Below are positions 51,395-61,827 of a stretch of 64,000 nt of DNA, in pieces. The notes under the pieces were generated by a model that did not search any database, had not been told where the DNA came from, and saw only the letters and a list, made by a program, of their open reading frames with translations. This stretch comes from Myxococcota bacterium (GTDB lineage: Bacteria > Myxococcota_A > Polyangia > Nannocystales > Nannocystaceae): positions 32,001-96,000 of the forward strand of contig JBCCHT010000038.1 in NCBI GenBank assembly GCA_039028615.1, written 5' to 3'. The first letter of the stretch is position 1. Each line of letters starts with the position of its first letter. The position numbers were made by a program, and so were the translations under genes.

Positions 51395-53682
51395 CCCGTA
51401 GCCGGGCGGCGCTCGTCGGAGCGCTGCTCGGGCTGTCGCTGGCATCGTGCAACCGAGGCCAAGCCCCGAGCGTCGAGCCCGAGGAGCCGGCCGCAGCCCC
51501 GCAAGCTGCGGCCGATTTCGATCCGGGACCGAGCCTCGACGAGATCGCGGCGGCCATCGACCCGGGACCGCAGGCGCTGCTGTCGGCCGAGCTGCCGCCG
51601 TGGTTTGCCGAAGCGCTGCGGGTCCCCGCCAGCGGGGATCCGGCGGCGATGCTGGCCGAGGCCGACGCCAAGCTCGACGAGGCCAAGAACCGGGCCAAGG
51701 CGGGCGGCGACACGGCCGTGCTCGAGGCGCTGGTCGAGCTGGCCCGCGGCGTGGTGCTGGCGGAGCGAGCCGCCGCCGCGAGCGGGGAGCTGTCCCCCGA
51801 GGTCGCGCTGGTGCTCGAGCGCGTCTACGACACGGTCGACGCGCCCGCCCTGGCCAACGATCGCAACCTCTTCGCGCGCATGCTGCAGGGCTTCGTGACC
51901 CTGATCGCCGAGCACGGTGAGGCCGGGGACTCGGCCGCGCTCAATCAGATCGGACAGCTGGTGTTCCAGGGGCTGCAAAAGGCCGGCCCCGCTCGGCTGC
52001 ACGTGGTGGCGGAGCTGCTGCGCCAGGCGCCCGATCACGCCGAGATTCCCGATGTGCTCGTGCGGGCGTCCAAGTCGGTGCATCGCCAGGACGAAGCGCT
52101 GGCCATCGGCATGGTGCGGCGCTCCATCGCGCTGCGGAAGGCCGATGCGGTCACCGCCGAGCACTGGCTCGACCTGAGCGAGGCCTGTCATGGCGCGCTG
52201 AAGCTGCGCTGCGGCGACGATGCCCTCGCTCGTGCCCAGGCGCTCGGAGCCGGAGACGACGAAGCGCTGCAGGGGCGCATGAAGACGGCCGAGTCCACGG
52301 CCGAGCATGCGCGCCGGGCCGTCGACCTCGCAGATGCGGCCAGCCTCGACGATCGCCTCGAGCGAGCCGAGCATCTCGTCGAGCTGACCCGCCACGAAGA
52401 AGCGCGAGCGATCTACGAGCAGCTGCTGCGGTTGCACCCCGAGGACGCCCGCCCGGTGGTGGGCTTCGCCGGCTCGCTGCTCAACCAGTACTTCGACGTC
52501 GTGGGGGCGCTGGAGGTCATCGAGCGCTCCAGCCCTCGCGAGCACCTGGACGAGACCTGGTACGAGATGGTCATCGGGGTGCGGGCGACCACGATGATGT
52601 ACTTCATGCTGCCGCAGCTGGACATGGAGGACCCGGACGCGGCCTTCGAGGCGCTGCGCCCGATGCTCGTCCAGCTCGGTCGCGACATCGAGGGCCTCAA
52701 CGGCCTGGGCGCGGAGAAGGGGCGGGTCCTCAGCTTCGTCTACACCCTGGGCATGGAGGCGTGGCTGAAGACGCACGCGACCGAGCAGACGGCGTGGGTG
52801 TCCTTCGTGCGCAGCTTGCTGCCGCGGGTGCAGAAGCTGCGCGCCGAGGTGCCCAAGAGCCGACACGCGTATGCGTTCGCGCTGGCGACCGCGGAGTTCT
52901 CGGCCGATCGCGAGGCGGCGCTGAGCGTGATCGACATCGAGCCGCCCGCCGACGATCTGGCAAAGCGGCGCGCGCAGGCGGCCTTCGACCTGGTGGCGAC
53001 CTGGGACGCGAGCGAGCGGGTGACGCAGCTGCTGCGCATCGTCGACGCGGCCGATGGTCCCGACCAGCCCCTGGCAACGCGACAGCTGGCCGTCGACGCA
53101 CGGGTCCTGGCGCATCGGCTGGGCACGGCGCAAGACCTGGCCGCGCTCGAGCGGCGCTATCGCGAGCTGTACGAGACCACCGCCGGCTCTCACGACTCAC
53201 AGCTGATCAACAACCTGGCGGTGATCGTGGCCGAGCAGGGGCGGCAGGACGAGGCGCAGGCGCTGTGGGCCATGGCGATCGAGTACGGCGGCGAGGATGG
53301 CAATCACGTCCCACGGCTCAATGCGCTGGCGGCCAAGCTCGCCGCGGGCAAGCCCCTGAACTCGGGTGAGCGCAAGCAGCTCGACGACTTCGTCGAAAAC
53401 GGGGACTACGTCGACGTTCGGCTCCAAGCCCAGGCCTGGCGGGTGCACACCAAGGCCAAGAAGGCCGAGCGCCAGCTCGCCGCCGACTCGGCCAAAGAGG
53501 CGGAAGACAACTACCGGCCGCGACACATGCGGCACCGCGGCAGCGTATCGTTGCCGGGCAGCATGGAGATCAACCTGGGCTACTCCACCCGCGACGGCTT
53601 GGTGCTCAACCTCGACGCGGTGGGCATCCCCTGGTTCCTCGTCCCGTGCCCGGTCGCCATTCCCGACGCGCGGGACAAATAG
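51391..53682 (+). CDS. Large helical (TPR-like) lipoprotein
   Basis: GTGA overlap with the previous stop, lipobox LASC and TPR-like segments. Confidence 0.7.
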   Translation: MTRSRAALVGALLGLSLASCNRGQAPSVEPEEPAAAPQAAADFDPGPSLDEIAAAIDPGPQALLSAELPPWFAEALRVPASGDPAAMLAEADAKLDEAKNRAKAGGDTAVLEALVELARGVVLAERAAAASGELSPEVALVLERVYDTVDAPALANDRNLFARMLQGFVTLIAEHGEAGDSAALNQIGQLVFQGLQKAGPARLHVVAELLRQAPDHAEIPDVLVRASKSVHRQDEALAIGMVRRSIALRKADAVTAEHWLDLSEACHGALKLRCGDDALARAQALGAGDDEALQGRMKTAESTAEHARRAVDLADAASLDDRLERAEHLVELTRHEEARAIYEQLLRLHPEDARPVVGFAGSLLNQYFDVVGALEVIERSSPREHLDETWYEMVIGVRATTMMYFMLPQLDMEDPDAAFEALRPMLVQLGRDIEGLNGLGAEKGRVLSFVYTLGMEAWLKTHATEQTAWVSFVRSLLPRVQKLRAEVPKSRHAYAFALATAEFSADREAALSVIDIEPPADDLAKRRAQAAFDLVATWDASERVTQLLRIVDAADGPDQPLATRQLAVDARVLAHRLGTAQDLAALERRYRELYETTAGSHDSQLINNLAVIVAEQGRQDEAQALWAMAIEYGGEDGNHVPRLNALAAKLAAGKPLNSGERKQLDDFVENGDYVDVRLQAQAWRVHTKAKKAERQLAADSAKEAEDNYRPRHMRHRGSVSLPGSMEINLGYSTRDGLVLNLDAVGIPWFLVPCPVAIPDARDK

Positions 53683-53703
53683 CGCTCGCGTCGGTGCGAC
53701 GAT

Positions 53704-53744
53704 CGAAAAAACCTTCCGTGCCCGGGGGCGCGGAAGGTTTTTCG
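53704..53744. terminator. Bidirectional intrinsic terminator
   Basis: GAAAAAACCTTCCG..CGGAAGGTTTTTC hairpin between convergent genes. Confidence 0.75.
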
Positions 53745-53754
53745 TGTCGGGCGC

Positions 53755-54420
53755 TCAGCTCTTGCCGTGGAAGAAGGCGTCGAGGACCGGCCCCATGTTC
53801 TCGGGGGTGTCCTCGCCCCAGGCGCCGCCCGTGATCTTGTGGCTGGTGGGGCTGCCCGATGCGCTCAGCTTGTAGAACACGGGGATCGAGGTGTTGTCGA
53901 AGCCGCCCTTGGACAGGTTCGCCCCCCACTTGTCGGAGTCGAGCCGGATCAAATAGACGCCCTTGAAGGCCTGGGTGATGAGCGGGTGCTCCATCGAGGC
54001 CTCGAGCTTCTTGCAGGGCGGGCACCACTCGGCCCAGACCTCGACGAAGGGGGTGAGGTTCTCGGACCGCGCGACGGCGGCGTGCTTGGTCAGGATTCGA
54101 GCCAGCGCCACGCCCTCCATGGGCTCGACGTTGACGACCTTCGACTCGACCGGCGGGCGGTTCTTCTTGTCGAAGGGGTTGATGGCGGCGCGTTTCTTGT
54201 GCGCCTCGGCGCGGGCCTTGGCATCGGCCAAGCCCTTGGCGCCCGCGTTGGCCGGGTCGGTCCGCACGCTCGCGATGGCCTTGTCCTTTTTCTCGTCGGC
54301 GTCCGCGTCTTTGGCCTTGGTCGCGTCTTTGGCCTTGGCCTCGGTCTTCGGTGCTTCGGCCTTGGTGCACGCGGTCAGCGTCAGGGCACAGGAGAGGGCG
54401 ACGAAGGTAAGGGAGCGCAT
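53755..54420 (-). CDS. Thioredoxin-family lipoprotein
   Basis: Lipobox LTAC, K/A-rich linker, WAEWCPPCK and SIP. Confidence 0.85.
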   Translation of the reverse strand: MRSLTFVALSCALTLTACTKAEAPKTEAKAKDATKAKDADADEKKDKAIASVRTDPANAGAKGLADAKARAEAHKKRAAINPFDKKNRPPVESKVVNVEPMEGVALARILTKHAAVARSENLTPFVEVWAEWCPPCKKLEASMEHPLITQAFKGVYLIRLDSDKWGANLSKGGFDNTSIPVFYKLSASGSPTSHKITGGAWGEDTPENMGPVLDAFFHGKS

Positions 54421-54466
54421 CGCGGGGATTGTATCGGCCCCGGGGCGTCGTGGGGCGGTGGCCAGC

Positions 54467-55285
54467 TCACGAGATCCGACGGGAAGCCAGCGACGCGAGC
54501 CGGTTGGTGACCCGCGGTACGGCGCGCTCCAGATGCCAGGCCAGCCGCGCGTGAACGCTGTCGATGGCGTATAGCTTGCCTCTGGCGGCCGCTGCGAGGC
54601 CCACTCGGATGACGTCGTGGGCATCGGCGCCCGCCCGCTCGAGCACTCGCTGCCCCAGGTTGTGCATCGTGCCCTGCAGCGCATCGCCCTCGGTGGAGGC
54701 ATGGTCGACGATTCCCGTCCGCGTGAACGACGGGCAGAGCACGGTGACGCCGACCCCGCCCGGACGCAGCTCGGCGTGCAGCGACTTGGACAGCCCGACC
54801 ACCGCCGCCTTGGTGGCGGCATAGGCCGACAGCTGGGGGATGGGGGCGAGGCCCGCCACCGAGCCCACGTTCAGCAGCGACCCGCGGCCGCGCGCGAGCA
54901 TGGGGCCGGCGAAGATCCGGCACCCCTGCACGACCCCGGTGACGTTGACCGCGATGAGGCGATCGATGGCGTCCGCGTCGGCGCTGGCGAGGGGCCCGGC
55001 GACCAGGATGCCGGCGTTGAGCACCGCGAGGTCGGGCGTGCCGGCCCAGGCCTCGGTCGCGTCGGCGAGTCGCTGGAGCTCGGCACTATGGCGAACGTCG
55101 CAGCGCACCACATGGGCCTCACCTTGGGCGCGTCGCACGAGCTCGGCCGTCTCGGCCAAGCCTTCCTCGTCGATGTCGGCCACTACGACGCGTCCCCGCC
55201 GTCGTCCCAGCTCCACCGCAAACTCGCGCCCGATGCCGCTGGCGGCACCGGTCACCACCGAGACCGCACGCTTGAAGCCCGTCAT
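54467..55285 (-). CDS. SDR-family oxidoreductase
   Basis: VTGAASGIG, LNAG, NVGS and YAATK. Confidence 0.93.
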   Translation of the reverse strand: MTGFKRAVSVVTGAASGIGREFAVELGRRRGRVVVADIDEEGLAETAELVRRAQGEAHVVRCDVRHSAELQRLADATEAWAGTPDLAVLNAGILVAGPLASADADAIDRLIAVNVTGVVQGCRIFAGPMLARGRGSLLNVGSVAGLAPIPQLSAYAATKAAVVGLSKSLHAELRPGGVGVTVLCPSFTRTGIVDHASTEGDALQGTMHNLGQRVLERAGADAHDVIRVGLAAAARGKLYAIDSVHARLAWHLERAVPRVTNRLASLASRRIS

Positions 55286-55815
55286 CGCGTCAGCCCGAAG
55301 TAGAGCACCAGGGTCTCGGCCCCGCGGAGGCTGAGGTAGGCCTGCCCGAGATAGAGCCCGTCGCGAAGCTGGCGAAGCTCGTCCTTGATGGGGCGGATGA
55401 AGAACGGGTTTTCCGGCAGGTCGTAGTCGAGCTGGAGCGCATCGAAGTCGCCCGCGCGCGACGGGCCGATGAAGGTCTCGAAGCGAAAGAGCCGGAGCCG
55501 GTCGACCATGACGCGATTGATGCCCTCGCCCTCCGCGGTGGTGCCGGGCATGAAGCTCTTGCCCCGCCACACGAAGAGGTTCGAGCTGGCCCAGCTGCGG
55601 GCGAAGCGAGCCGCCGCCCCGCCGAGCACGGTGGTGGCGAGCATGCGTCCCCGCAGATCTCCGCGGACCTCGTCGAGCGCGGGCACGCTGGCCCGCTGAT
55701 ACAGCGCGCTGAGCGCGGCAGGGGCGAGCGCGAGCAGCTCATCGAGGTCTCGCACGCCGGGGGCAGGGGGCACGCTGTCGGGCCTGGCGGAGGTTTGTTC
55801 TTGGATTTCAGGCAT
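55282..55815 (-). CDS. Conserved hypothetical protein co-transcribed with the SDR
   Basis: WRGKSF..GINR..LDYD...NP....I.DE.R....GLYLG. ATGA overlap with the SDR. Confidence 0.7.
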   Translation of the reverse strand: MPEIQEQTSARPDSVPPAPGVRDLDELLALAPAALSALYQRASVPALDEVRGDLRGRMLATTVLGGAAARFARSWASSNLFVWRGKSFMPGTTAEGEGINRVMVDRLRLFRFETFIGPSRAGDFDALQLDYDLPENPFFIRPIKDELRQLRDGLYLGQAYLSLRGAETLVLYFGLTR

Positions 55816-55841
55816 TTGGGGACCTCGCTCGAGGGTTGTCG

Positions 55842-55900
55842 AAGTTCACATACGAGTTAGTATGTGAACTTGATCTTTCACATACCAATCCGTATGTCAA
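55842..55900. promoter_or_regulatory. Tandem TetR operators (ACATAC-N6-GTATGT)
   Basis: AAGTTCACATAC-GAGTTA-GTATGTGAACTT (55842-55871) and TTCACATAC-CAATCC-GTATGTCAA (55877-55900). Confidence 0.85.
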
Positions 55901-55906
55901 GGAGCA

Positions 55907-56512
55907 GTGGCGGGGGAACGCAAGGCAGCCAAGCAAAGAACCCGGCGGGCGTTGATCGACGCCGCCTTCGAGTTGTTCTCGGAGTCGGGACTCGACGGGC
56001 CCAGCCTCGATGCGATCTGCGAGCGCGCCGGATACACGCGCGGCGCGTTCTATGTGCACTTCGCCGATCGCGACGAGCTCATCGTCGCGGTGATGGAAGA
56101 GGCGGGCCCGCCCATCCTCGACGAGCTGATCGCGGCCGACTCCAACGAGGACCTGGCCACGCTCTTCACTCGCTTCCTCGCCGCGTTCGCCGACGGCAGC
56201 TATCCCTTGGCGCCGCGCGGCGGGATCCGTGCGCACCAGTTCATCGACGCCTGCATCCGTTCCCCCAAAGTGGGGCAGCGCTACGTGGAGCTCGTGGTCG
56301 AAGCGATGGCCCGCGTCGCGCACGGGGTCGAGCGAGGGCAGCAGGGAGGCCAGCTCCGCGACGACGTGGACGCCCAGGCGATCGCGGCCCTGCTCGTGGG
56401 CGCCATCATCGGCAGCCAGACGATGAGCGAGCTGGGCGTGCCCTACGATTTTTCCGCCACGGCCGCGGCGGCGCTTCGAATGCTGCTGCCCGGAGCCGAG
56501 GGCGACGCCTAG
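55907..56512 (+). CDS. TetR/AcrR-family regulator
   Basis: TRRALIDAAFELF.E.G....SLDAICERAG.TRGAFY.HF. RBS AAGGAG. Confidence 0.95.
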   Translation: MAGERKAAKQRTRRALIDAAFELFSESGLDGPSLDAICERAGYTRGAFYVHFADRDELIVAVMEEAGPPILDELIAADSNEDLATLFTRFLAAFADGSYPLAPRGGIRAHQFIDACIRSPKVGQRYVELVVEAMARVAHGVERGQQGGQLRDDVDAQAIAALLVGAIIGSQTMSELGVPYDFSATAAAALRMLLPGAEGDA

Positions 56513-56513
56513 C

Positions 56514-56711
56514 TCAGGTCACCAGCGTCAGCAGGTCGAGGATCATCGGGCCGAGGATGGCGCAGAGCACCGCGGCGCCGAGGCTGATGCCGACCATGAC
56601 CGGCATGCTGAGCTGCACGCTCGCGACCGAGAGCACGGTGAAGGTCAGGCCCGCTCCGACCACGGCCCACAGCAGTCGCCAGCCGAGCTTGGTGTTCGAG
56701 TCGTCTGCCAC
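56514..56711 (-). CDS. Small 2-TM membrane protein
   Basis: Two hydrophobic helices. TACCAT lies 7 nt upstream of the GTG. Confidence 0.55.
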   Translation of the reverse strand: MADDSNTKLGWRLLWAVVGAGLTFTVLSVASVQLSMPVMVGISLGAAVLCAILGPMILDLLTLVT

Positions 56712-56919
56712 GCATCCGATGGTACTGCGACCGGTCGTGGGCGCTCGGGAGCGATGGCGTTTCCGGGTGTTCCCGGCGAATCTGCGTGACCAGCGCTGGC
56801 GCTACGCCGCCGTCTTCGTGCCTTCCGCGGCCAAATACGAGAGCGCGCGGGCTCGCGAAGGATCGTCGGGGCGGCTCGAGCTTTCGCTCGGCCGCGCGGG
56901 CACGGGCCGAACGCGGCGC

Positions 56920-57693
56920 CTAGAAATTACATTCCACGACCATGGCCGTGATGTTGTCGGTGCCGCCCGCCTCGTTCGCTCGATCGATCAGGGTCGAGAC
57001 CGAGTCTTCGAGGTCGGTGGCCTTTTGGATGATCTCGTGGATCTCCTCGTCGGTGAGCATGCCCGACAGGCCGTCCGAACACAGCACGTAGCGATCGCCG
57101 TTTTGCAGATCGACCTTGGTGATGTCGACCATCACGTGATCCCGCATGCCGAGCGCTCGGGTGATCACGTTCTTGTGCGGGAAGTTGCGCGCCTCTTCCT
57201 CGGTCATGTCCGGGCGCGCTTCCTTGTAGTCCTCGAGCAGCGAGTGGTCGCGGGTGATCGGCTTGATGCTGCCGTTGCGAACCCGATAGCAACGCGAGTC
57301 ACCCACGTGCGCCACGAACCCCTGGTCGCCCTTCACGATGAAGCTGACGATCGTCGTGCCCATGCCCCGCAGCTGCGGGTTCTTGGACGCCGACTCGTGG
57401 ATCCGTTTGTTGGCCAGTCGCACCGACGCGACCATCCGATTTTCCACATAGGACAAAGAATGGTCGTAGCGGTACGGCCACGTCGCATCTTGATCCTTGC
57501 TGTGACGGTAGAACTCGCCGATGACGTCGGCCGCCAACTTACTGGCGACTTCACCCGACGCGTGGCCGCCCATGCCATCCGCTACGATGAAGAGCTGCTC
57601 GTCCTCGATCAGCGCGAAGTAGTCCTCGTTATGAGTCCTCTTCATGCCGACATCGGTCTTGGCCGCGTACCGGATTCGCACGTCGGGAATCAT
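56920..57693 (-). CDS. PP2C-type (Stp1/IreP) Ser/Thr phosphatase
   Basis: [42 protein letters not shown] and GG.DNIT. Confidence 0.95.
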   Translation of the reverse strand: MIPDVRIRYAAKTDVGMKRTHNEDYFALIEDEQLFIVADGMGGHASGEVASKLAADVIGEFYRHSKDQDATWPYRYDHSLSYVENRMVASVRLANKRIHESASKNPQLRGMGTTIVSFIVKGDQGFVAHVGDSRCYRVRNGSIKPITRDHSLLEDYKEARPDMTEEEARNFPHKNVITRALGMRDHVMVDITKVDLQNGDRYVLCSDGLSGMLTDEEIHEIIQKATDLEDSVSTLIDRANEAGGTDNITAMVVECNF

Positions 57694-57814
57694 CGTATCC
57701 GACGCCGCTTACCCGTCCAAGATGCCGGGGCCCACCATCTGTAGGTCAGCGGCACCTCGATGGGCGGTCCTTGACATTTGCGCAGTAATGCACCAAGGTT
57801 GGCGCGCTCACGTC

Positions 57815-59149
57815 GTGAACGCTTTCGCCCCTAATTGTTCGGCCCCCGTGGCCTATCTCGTCACCGTCGGCGACGAACTGCTCGCCGGCGACATCGTCGA
57901 CAGCAACAAGGCTAAACTGGCCTCTAGCGCTCGTACAGGCGGTTTCGAGGTGGTACGCGCGGTTTCGGTTCGCGACCGCCTCGAAGAAATTGGGCAGGTC
58001 CTGCGGGAAGCGGCCGCCATGGCCGACGTGTGCCTGGTCTCGGGGGGTCTCGGCCCCACCACCGACGATCTCACCACCGCCTCGGTGGCCCATGCGGCCG
58101 GGGTTTCCTTGCGCCGGGATGCCGACGCCGAGGCTCGGCTCGAGGAGAAGTTCCGCCTTTTCGGCCGGCCGATGCCCGAGTCCAACCGCAAGCAGGCCGA
58201 TTTTCCCGAAGGCGCCGAGATCATCCCCAACCCCATCGGCAGCGCCGAGGGGTTGCGCATGACGATGCCCGGGGAGCGGCAGTGCCAGGTCTTCGTGATG
58301 CCGGGCGTGCCGCGCGAGCTGAAGAAGATGCTCGCCGAGCAGGTCATGCCGCGGCTGCACGAGCGCTTCTCCACCGTGGCGGTGCCGCGGCGGATCTACC
58401 GGGTGCTCGGGCACGGCGAGTCCTCGGTCGCCAAGCGCATCACGCCGCTGCTGGACGAAGCCCGCGAGCGCTCGCCCGGGCTGGCCGCGATGTTCGTGCA
58501 CTACCGGGCGTCGATGCCCCAGGTCTCCGTCATCCTCGAGGCCACGCCCGACGCCAAGGGCTCGCAGGCCACCGCGGCCGAGCTCGCGTCGCTCGACGCC
58601 GCGATGATCGAGGTGCTCAGTCCCGGCATCTACGGGATCGGTGAGGCTCAGCTCCCGCCGCGGGTCGTCACCGCGTTGACCGAGGCGGGCCTGCGCCTGA
58701 GCGCGGCCGAGTCGTGCACGGGCGGCGGCCTCGGGGCGGCGATCACCAGCGTCGCCGGGTCGTCCGCGTGCTACCGCGGTGGCGTCATCGCCTACGACAA
58801 CGACGTGAAGCAGCAGCTGCTGGGAGTCCCGGCCGAGCTGCTCGAGGCGCATGGCGCCGTGTCCGAGCCGGTGGCGGTGGCCATGGCTCGCGGGGTGTGC
58901 GATCGCATCGGAAGCGATCTCGGCGTGGGGATCACCGGAATTGCCGGCCCCGGCGGCGGAAGCCCCGAAAAACCCGTCGGAACGGTGCATATCGCCGTTG
59001 CCGACGGCTCCGAAATTCTCCACCGAGCCCTCTCGTTGCGGGGCAATCGTGGCACCGTACAGCGGGCCGCGACCCAGTGGGCGCTCAAGCTCGTCTGGGA
59101 CCGCCTCGTCTCCCGCAACCTCGCGGCGATCGCCGAGCGCGATCGCTGA
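57815..59149 (+). CDS. cinA: Competence/damage-inducible protein CinA (NMN deamidase domain)
   Basis: VGDELL.G..VDSN, SGGLGPT.DDLT, PGVP.E, AESCTGG, GAVSE.VA..MA.G and TGIAGPGG...KPVGTV. Lies directly upstream of recA. Start uncertain (57788, 57815 or 57848). Confidence 0.92.
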   Translation: MNAFAPNCSAPVAYLVTVGDELLAGDIVDSNKAKLASSARTGGFEVVRAVSVRDRLEEIGQVLREAAAMADVCLVSGGLGPTTDDLTTASVAHAAGVSLRRDADAEARLEEKFRLFGRPMPESNRKQADFPEGAEIIPNPIGSAEGLRMTMPGERQCQVFVMPGVPRELKKMLAEQVMPRLHERFSTVAVPRRIYRVLGHGESSVAKRITPLLDEARERSPGLAAMFVHYRASMPQVSVILEATPDAKGSQATAAELASLDAAMIEVLSPGIYGIGEAQLPPRVVTALTEAGLRLSAAESCTGGGLGAAITSVAGSSACYRGGVIAYDNDVKQQLLGVPAELLEAHGAVSEPVAVAMARGVCDRIGSDLGVGITGIAGPGGGSPEKPVGTVHIAVADGSEILHRALSLRGNRGTVQRAATQWALKLVWDRLVSRNLAAIAERDR

Positions 59150-59221
59150 TCTCCTCCTCACCCCCACGCCGGCCGTGTCCAAGGGCCGCGCGAAGACCTT
59201 CGATCAGAAAGCGAGTTCGTC

Positions 59222-60361
<1,140 letters not shown>

Positions 60362-60393
60362 GCGCCCGCGCAAGGCGGCAGGCCGTCACGGCC

Positions 60394-60428
60394 AAGAGGG
60401 CTCGGCGTTCGTTCGCCGGGCCCTTTTT
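60394..60428. terminator. Intrinsic terminator after recA
   Basis: GGGCTCGGCG-loop-CGCCGGGCCC followed by TTTTT, between convergent recA and radA. Confidence 0.75.
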
Positions 60429-60435
60429 CGTGCCG

Positions 60436-61827
60436 TCAGCGGCCCAGCGACGCTTCGAGGGCCTGCCGGACGTTGGCGACTTCGACCAGCTCCAGCCCCT
60501 TGGGCACGGGGACGCGTCGGCGGCTGCGCTGGCGCGCCACCAGGGCGCGACGGAAGCCGAGCCGCGAGGCTTCGTTGAGTCGCAGCTCGAGCCGCGTCGC
60601 TTGCCGCAGCTCTCCGGTCAGGCCGATCTCCCCCACCGCGATCCACTCGGGTCCGATCGGGCGGCGCATGAAGCTGCTGGCCACGGCGAGCAGCACGGCT
60701 AGATCGGACGCGGGCTCGACCAGGCGGAGGCCGCCCGCCACGTTGACGAACACGTCTTGATCGAGCGCGAACACGTCGCCGTGGCGATCGAGCACCGCCA
60801 TCAGCATCGCGAGGCGCGAGGTATCGACGCCCACGCAGGTCCGCCGCGGGCTGCCGCCGCCGCTTTGGGCCAGCAGCGCCTGGACCTCGAGCAGCAGCGG
60901 CCGCGAGCCCTCCAGCGTGGCGGTGACGCACGAGCCGGGGGTGGCCGCGGGGCGCTCGGCGAGCAGCGCTTCGGAGGGGTTGTCGATCGGCTGCAGGCCG
61001 GTCTGGGTCATCTCGAAGACGCCCAGCTCCTGGGTGCTGCCGAAGCGGTTCTTGGTCGCCCGTAAGAGTCGGGTGGCACGGTCTTCATCGCCCTCGAAGG
61101 CCAATACCGCGTCGACCATGTGCTCGAGCAGCTTGGGGCCCGCGAGCTGACCGTCCTTGGTGACGTGGCCGACGACGATGACGGGCACGCCCTCGCTCTT
61201 TGCGTACGAGGTGAGCTGGGCGCAGACGGCCCGGATCTGGGTGACGTTGCCGGGCAGGCCGTCGTGGCTCTCGGAGAAGATCGTCTGAATGGAGTCGACG
61301 ATGACCGCGGCGGGGGCCGGCTTTTGGGCGCGCGCAGCGGTGAGCACGGCTTCCACCGCGGTCTCGGCCAGCAGCAACAGGCGCTCGTTCATCGCCTTCA
61401 GGCGCCCGGCTCGGCCCGCGACCTGGGCCACCGACTCCTCACCGCTCGCGTAGAGCACGGGCCCCACGTTGCGAGCGAGCGCGGCGCTGACCTGAAGCAG
61501 CAGGGTCGACTTGCCGATCCCCGGAGGGCCGCCGACCAGCACCACGCTCCCGGGGACGAGCCCACCCCCGAGCACGCGGTCGACCTCGCGGATGCCACAG
61601 CTGCGGCGCGGACCCTCGTCGATGTCGTCGGCGCGGGTGACGGGAATCGGCTCACCGCGACGAGGCGAGAGCACCACCCGGCCGTCCGACGGCGGCGCTT
61701 CGACCTGCTCCTCCAGCGTGTTCCAGGACTGGCAGTCCGGGCACTGCCCGAACCACTTGGCGAAGCTGGCCGAGCACGCCGAGCAGACCCAGCGTGTCTT
61801 GGCCTTCTTGCTCTTGGCCCTGGGCAC
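60436..61827 (-). CDS. radA: DNA repair protein RadA/Sms
   Basis: CSAC..W.GQCPDC zinc finger, GPPGIGKST, VDSIQT, GHVTK.G..AGP..LEHMVD, KNRFG and GEIGLTGE. Confidence 0.97.
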   Translation of the reverse strand: MPRAKSKKAKTRWVCSACSASFAKWFGQCPDCQSWNTLEEQVEAPPSDGRVVLSPRRGEPIPVTRADDIDEGPRRSCGIREVDRVLGGGLVPGSVVLVGGPPGIGKSTLLLQVSAALARNVGPVLYASGEESVAQVAGRAGRLKAMNERLLLLAETAVEAVLTAARAQKPAPAAVIVDSIQTIFSESHDGLPGNVTQIRAVCAQLTSYAKSEGVPVIVVGHVTKDGQLAGPKLLEHMVDAVLAFEGDEDRATRLLRATKNRFGSTQELGVFEMTQTGLQPIDNPSEALLAERPAATPGSCVTATLEGSRPLLLEVQALLAQSGGGSPRRTCVGVDTSRLAMLMAVLDRHGDVFALDQDVFVNVAGGLRLVEPASDLAVLLAVASSFMRRPIGPEWIAVGEIGLTGELRQATRLELRLNEASRLGFRRALVARQRSRRRVPVPKGLELVEVANVRQALEASLGR

